Shown here in pieces: positions 59,552 through 64,000 of a stretch of DNA of 64,000 bases; the first letter of the stretch is position 1, and every line of letters starts with the position of its first letter. Made by a program: the position numbers and the translations under genes. The notes under the pieces are model-generated. The model saw only the letters and a program-made list of their open reading frames with translations, was not told the DNA's origin and did no database searches. The stretch is from Nannocystales bacterium (GTDB lineage: Bacteria > Myxococcota_A > Polyangia > Nannocystales > Nannocystaceae). The stretch lies in assembly GCA_050633305.1 (NCBI GenBank), contig JBOEGF010000038.1, forward strand, positions 32,001 to 96,000, read 5' to 3'.

Positions 59552-61744
59552 ATGGCTGTTGCTCGAACGCTGCTCCTCCTCGCGGTTCCCGCACTCGCGA
59601 CCTTCTTGGGTGGGTGCAACCAATCCGAGTTCGAAGACGTTCGTGGCGACGCCGTGGTCGACGATGACGATGCGCCGGACGAGCCGGACGGGCCCGGTTC
59701 CGCCGGCCGTGTCGACACGGATGTCGCGTGCTCGACGGAAGACGACTGCGGACCGGGAGAGACGTGCCTGGATCAGGTGTGCCAGATGCAACGTTGCGCC
59801 GAGGGAGCCTATTCGTCGGCAGCCCCACTCGCGGCCAATGTTCGTTTCGCGCAGGACAGGGAGTTCGTCGTTGCAGATGCCGAGCCCAGTGACGGCCGCT
59901 TCTTCGTGGACGGCTACACGCCGCTTTCGGGGTCCGTCGAGTATCCGGGCTCGTGGGACATCGGAAGCACCGCCGTGGTGGATGTCGCAGGCGGTGATTT
60001 CTTCGGCGCGAATCCGGAACTGTTCGCCATCTCGACCGCAGGAAGCACTCGCGTTCGAGTCGCAGGGATCGAAGAGGTCATCGAAGTCGACGTTGGTTTT
60101 CAGCCGCTCGCACTCGCAGCCGGGGACACGGATGGGGACGAGCGCGACGAGGTCTTTGTCCTCGGTCAGTTCGGGAACTACGCCTTGTGCGACATGGTCG
60201 ACGGCGAGTGCACCACCGGCTTCTTTCAAGGGGGAAGCGGCGTGGACGCGAGCATCGGCGATGTCGATGGAGATGGCCAACTGGAGGGTGTCCTGCTTCT
60301 CGAAGCCGAAGGAAGCACGATGCTGCACGTCCTGGAGTTCACGGGGGAGCAAGACGGCAGCGAGGGTCCGGCTGCCCATCCGCTGAGCGCGATCGAGGTG
60401 GGCGATCCCGACGGCGACGGCGTCGATGAAGTCTTCGGCATCGAGCCGAGCGACATCTTCGCGGACGCCCAGCTTCACCGCTACACGGCGATGGGCGGAA
60501 GCATCGGACTCGTGGCCTCCGACGCCATCCACGACGACTCGGTCGACCTTGCCTTCGGAGACCTGGACGCAGACGACTCCGACGAGCTCCTCATCCTCCG
60601 CAACACGCGGGAGGTGGAGCTCTTCCGTGAGTCGGAAGACAACGCGGGCCTCTCGGCGGAGTCTACCCACCTCCTGGACGACTCCAACGCCCCGCGTCGC
60701 ATTGCGGCGGTCGACTTCGATGGGGACTCGCCCCGTACCCGGCTGATGAGCGCAGAGCCCGTGCTCGTCGCGGGCCGGGTGCTGCCGGTCTCCGTGGGTT
60801 TGTTCCCACCCTACAACTCGGAGTTCAGCGATGGGCAATCCTCGGTCACGTTCGGTCAGGCCGAATCAACATCGGAGAGTTTCTCAGACTCGGTATCGCT
60901 TCAACTGGGCGTGGACTTCGGCGTGAGCATCGGACTGTTTGACATCGCCAAGCTTGGGTTGGGGACGAAGATCAAGTCCAAGGTCTCGCAGACCGAGACC
61001 CAGTCGAGCCGGAAGAGCGCGGGCGTCCGCTACACAGCTGCCCCCGAGACCTACTTTGAGGGCGAGCCGTATGGCGTCGTCACGCTCTCGTGCGGATGTT
61101 TCCACGCATATACGTATCAAGTCGAAGACCCCTCGGAGATCTTGGGCGAAGGCGGAGACAAGGAAGAGTTCGTCCTCCTGGTCCCGGTTGGCGGCGCCCA
61201 GATGCTGTGGTCGACCCCGCGCTACAACGCGATGGCGGAGGCCGTCGGGGACCTTCCTGTGATCGATGTCCCCTACGAAGTCGGCAACCCCAACTCCTAC
61301 CCACGAGCGCCAGAGCGCCTCGACGGATCGCCGATCCCAGCCGACGACTTCGTGTTCACCGAGCCGCCGAGTCTTCTCGTGAGCGATGCGGGGTCCTCAG
61401 GATTTCGGATGATGGTCGGCCAGGACACGAGCAACAGCGTGTCCAGGTCGACAAGCATCGGCCTCAGCGTCGACGTATCTGGCGACATCCCATTCTTGGG
61501 CGGCGTGAAGTTCGGGACGTCGCTCGGCGTCGGCTGGGGGGAGGGGTACAGCGTTCGCGTCGGGGACAGTGCGTTCTTCGGGGGCAAGCTCCCTCCGCTT
61601 CCCGACAACCCCGACACACCCGAGGACGAGTACCTCGACCATGCATACACGACGCTACCGTTCGTGTACCGAGAGCACTACACCGACGCGACCGGACAAG
61701 ATGCGGCGTACTACGTCATCAGCTACGCCGTTTCCGATGACTGA
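59552..61744 (+). CDS. FG-GAP/VCBS-repeat lipoprotein with EGF-like module and amphipathic beta-hairpins
   Basis: Lipobox LGGC; CSTEDDCGPGETCLDQVC; GD.DGD..DE repeats; Ser/Thr-flanked alternating strands at 60839-61035 and 61391-61592. Confidence 0.85.
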   Translation: MAVARTLLLLAVPALATFLGGCNQSEFEDVRGDAVVDDDDAPDEPDGPGSAGRVDTDVACSTEDDCGPGETCLDQVCQMQRCAEGAYSSAAPLAANVRFAQDREFVVADAEPSDGRFFVDGYTPLSGSVEYPGSWDIGSTAVVDVAGGDFFGANPELFAISTAGSTRVRVAGIEEVIEVDVGFQPLALAAGDTDGDERDEVFVLGQFGNYALCDMVDGECTTGFFQGGSGVDASIGDVDGDGQLEGVLLLEAEGSTMLHVLEFTGEQDGSEGPAAHPLSAIEVGDPDGDGVDEVFGIEPSDIFADAQLHRYTAMGGSIGLVASDAIHDDSVDLAFGDLDADDSDELLILRNTREVELFRESEDNAGLSAESTHLLDDSNAPRRIAAVDFDGDSPRTRLMSAEPVLVAGRVLPVSVGLFPPYNSEFSDGQSSVTFGQAESTSESFSDSVSLQLGVDFGVSIGLFDIAKLGLGTKIKSKVSQTETQSSRKSAGVRYTAAPETYFEGEPYGVVTLSCGCFHAYTYQVEDPSEILGEGGDKEEFVLLVPVGGAQMLWSTPRYNAMAEAVGDLPVIDVPYEVGNPNSYPRAPERLDGSPIPADDFVFTEPPSLLVSDAGSSGFRMMVGQDTSNSVSRSTSIGLSVDVSGDIPFLGGVKFGTSLGVGWGEGYSVRVGDSAFFGGKLPPLPDNPDTPEDEYLDHAYTTLPFVYREHYTDATGQDAAYYVISYAVSDD

Positions 61745-61805
61745 GTGCCCACGACCCCATGGCGCTCGCTCCCCCCCCGGGCGCGGGCTCGGCTAGGATA
61801 TCTCG

Positions 61806-62291
61806 ATGTCCTCCTCCGACCCCGTGACGCCAGCACAGACGGTCGGCGCCGCGGACGAGCGAGCAACGCGAGGACACGGCGCCGCCGCGGTCGAGCAAGC
61901 GGCCAACCTCGCGGCACAAAAAGCCATGGTCCGGGCGCGAATGTTCGGTACGGCGACTGCGAAGATCGGGCGGTACGCGATCCTCGATGTCTTGGGCGCG
62001 GGCGGAATGGGCACCGTGTACGCGTGCTTCGACGACCAACTCGATCGCCGAGTGGCGTTGAAGTTGGTCAAGGGCGCGGCGACACAGGAAGCCCGCGGCC
62101 GGATGCTTCGCGAAGCGCAGGCCCTCGCCAAGCTCAGCCATCCCAATGTGGTCCCCGTGTTCGAGGTGGGAGAACACCTCGGCCGCGTCTACATCGCGAT
62201 GGAGTACGTGCGGGGGTCGACGCTGCAGCGGTGGCAAGCGGATGAAGCACGCGACTGGGCGGACGTTTTCGACGCCTATCTGCAGGCCGGT
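61806..62291 (+). pseudogene. Truncated Ser/Thr kinase (N-lobe only)
   Basis: GAGGMG, VALK, LREAQALAKLSHPNVV, IAMEYV...YLQAG, then homology stops before HRD/DFG. The ORF runs on antisense to the WYL gene until 62615. Confidence 0.85.
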
Positions 62292-62309
62292 TTTTTTGGA
62301 CTCGGGACG

Positions 62310-63044
62310 TCATGCCGGCTGAAAGTACGGCGCGAACATGTTCTTGAACGACTGCTGAGGGCGAAGGCGAAAGGGGTCGCCAACGACCCGAGTGTTCTTG
62401 ATCCGGTCGATGCGGAACACTCTGGACGCCATCCGGAGGTGATCCCACGCGATGATGTACCAAACTGGCCAGTTCAGAAGGATGTAGTGGGCTTCGACGA
62501 CTCGCTGTGTGACCTCGCCGCCCTCGGCCTGGTACTCGATCTCCAGCGAGTGCTGGCGCAGGAAAGACTCCGCAATCTCTTCGGAGATGCGCGTCGCCGG
62601 GGTTGCGTAGAGTGAGACCACGTTTGCCGACGCGTTGTCTCCGATGAGGATGCGCTTTCGGATGTTGCTGACCTTGCGACGCTGACTCTCTGGGAACGCC
62701 TGAAACAGCTTCTGGCGAATGGCTTTGAGGTTGCTCGTGAGGATCGGGGACTTCTGGCTTTCCATGATCGCCAGCGCAAGGGTCAGCTCGACCACCTCTT
62801 GATGGTTGAGATGCAACCGCTCGATTCCCCAACTTCCGCTGAGCCGGATCCCTCCACCGCGTCCTCGCTCGGACTCGATGGGGTACCCGTCCTCCCTGAG
62901 TTCGGCAAGCTCGCGCATGAGGGTCCGCTGACTGACACCGAGCTGCTCCCGGAGGTCTGCGGTCTTCCAATGGTCTTCAGACCGGAGGAGCCCCAGGAGG
63001 CGGTTGCGCCGCTCAATACGCTCTGAGAAGCTGACCTTCGGCAT
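62310..63044 (-). CDS. HTH-WYL (YafY-like) transcriptional regulator
   Basis: HTH L.EQLGVS.RT..R....L...GYPI....G.GGG; WYL domain WYIIAWD......R.FR.DRI. Confidence 0.92.
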   Translation of the reverse strand: MPKVSFSERIERRNRLLGLLRSEDHWKTADLREQLGVSQRTLMRELAELREDGYPIESERGRGGGIRLSGSWGIERLHLNHQEVVELTLALAIMESQKSPILTSNLKAIRQKLFQAFPESQRRKVSNIRKRILIGDNASANVVSLYATPATRISEEIAESFLRQHSLEIEYQAEGGEVTQRVVEAHYILLNWPVWYIIAWDHLRMASRVFRIDRIKNTRVVGDPFRLRPQQSFKNMFAPYFQPA

Positions 63045-63054
63045 TCTTAAAATG

Positions 63055-63069
63055 TGCCAAATGGTGGCA
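63055..63069. promoter_or_regulatory. Putative WYL-regulator operator
   Basis: Palindrome TGCCA-N5-TGGCA in the 50-bp divergent spacer. Confidence 0.55.
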
Positions 63070-63094
63070 TAGTTGTCGATATGCTCTGAAGCGA

Positions 63095-64000
63095 ATGTTC
63101 AACCCGACCGACTTCCCCAAGCCCACTCTCGTCGCAGTCAACGGTGTGGAACTCGAGGTTTTTGAGGCAGGCCGCGAGAACGCAGGAAATCCGATTGTCC
63201 TGTGTCACGGCTGGCCCGAGCACGCCTTCACCTGGCGCTACCAGGTTCCCGCGCTCGCAGCAGCGGGCTACCACGTGATTGTCCCAAACCAACGGGGCTA
63301 CGGGAAATCCTCCTGTCCGACGGAGGTGACCGCCTACGACATCGAGCACTTGTGCGGGGACCTGGTCGCGCTTCTCGAACACTATGGCTACGAGGATGCG
63401 GTCTTCATGGGGCACGACTGGGGCGCGAACGTGGTCTGGCGCCTGGCCATGTTGCACCCCGCGCGGGTGCGCAAGATCGTGAACCTGGCCCTGCCCTACC
63501 AGCCGCGTACGGAAAAACCTTGGATCGAGTTCATGGAGGAGGTCTTCGGCGGAGACAACTACTTCGTCCATTTCAATCGACAGCCAGGGGTTGCGGATAC
63601 CGTGCTCGATGCCAATACGGCCCAGTTTCTCCGCAACCTGTTCCGCAAGAAGGTGCCTCTCGCACCGCCTCCTCCGGGCATGATGATGATCAACCTGGCA
63701 CAGGCCGATGCGCCGCTGGGTGAACCATTGATGAGCGAGGACGAGTTGGATGTGTTCGTCTCTGCGTTCGAAACAACCGGGTTCACGGGCAGCATCAACT
63801 GGTACAGGAATCTCGACCGGAACTGGCAGCTGCTGGCGGATGTGAACCCCGTCGTTCAACAGGCTGCACTCATGATCTACGGGGAGCGGGACATGATCCC
63901 GAAGTCCGAGAACCTCGCGGACTTCGTGCCCAACGTGGAGGTGGCCAGCCTCGACTGCGGCCACTGCATTCAGCAGGAAAAGCCAGAGGAGACCAACGCG
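63095..64000 (+). CDS. Epoxide hydrolase-like alpha/beta hydrolase (runs off the window end)
   Basis: Translated by hand from ATG 63095: MFNPTDFPKP...LCHGWPE...PNQRGYG...GHDWGA...NWYRN...CGHCIQQEKP. Absent from the ORF track because there is no stop in the window. Confidence 0.92.
   Translation, partial: MFNPTDFPKPTLVAVNGVELEVFEAGRENAGNPIVLCHGWPEHAFTWRYQVPALAAAGYHVIVPNQRGYGKSSCPTEVTAYDIEHLCGDLVALLEHYGYEDAVFMGHDWGANVVWRLAMLHPARVRKIVNLALPYQPRTEKPWIEFMEEVFGGDNYFVHFNRQPGVADTVLDANTAQFLRNLFRKKVPLAPPPPGMMMINLAQADAPLGEPLMSEDELDVFVSAFETTGFTGSINWYRNLDRNWQLLADVNPVVQQAALMIYGERDMIPKSENLADFVPNVEVASLDCGHCIQQEKPEETNA

Noticed and set aside
62289..62300. T7 run as a programmed frameshift site that could rescue the kinase
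   Set aside because: I saw no kinase continuation (RGLAAAH/HRD) in the other frames, and downstream DNA belongs to the antisense WYL gene.

Overview
GC-rich bacterial chromosome segment, most likely from a myxobacterium (Myxococcota, Nannocystaceae/Polyangia-like). This is inferred from MYXO-CTERM tails, about 20 acidic/Cys-rich lipoproteins, eukaryote-like Ser/Thr kinase-TPR proteins, three ECF sigma factors and a DUF1592/DUF1552 pair. About 53 real CDSs were picked from the six-frame track; most other long ORFs are antisense shadows. No rRNA, tRNA or CRISPR array was seen. Strongest leads: (1) two mirror-image promoters, GGTCACG-N16-CGTCTCATC-N4-ATG, back to back beside a Cys-tailed ECF sigma factor, suggesting a small leaderless autoregulated regulon; (2) an FG-GAP lipoprotein with two aerolysin/ETX-like amphipathic beta-hairpins, a candidate pore-former; (3) a DUF1399/GRDP-like gene next to a protein ending in (SSCG)4-GCGGD; (4) a FecR protein with a signal-peptide-like insert just after its Gly-Thr cleavage site; (5) a CxxCH lipoprotein with three 10-Cys repeats. 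Signs of DNA turnover include a 125-bp MITE-like element, an IS3 remnant among gene fragments, and a kinase truncated next to a WYL regulator/epoxide hydrolase pair. All functional calls come from motifs read by eye; no database searches were run.
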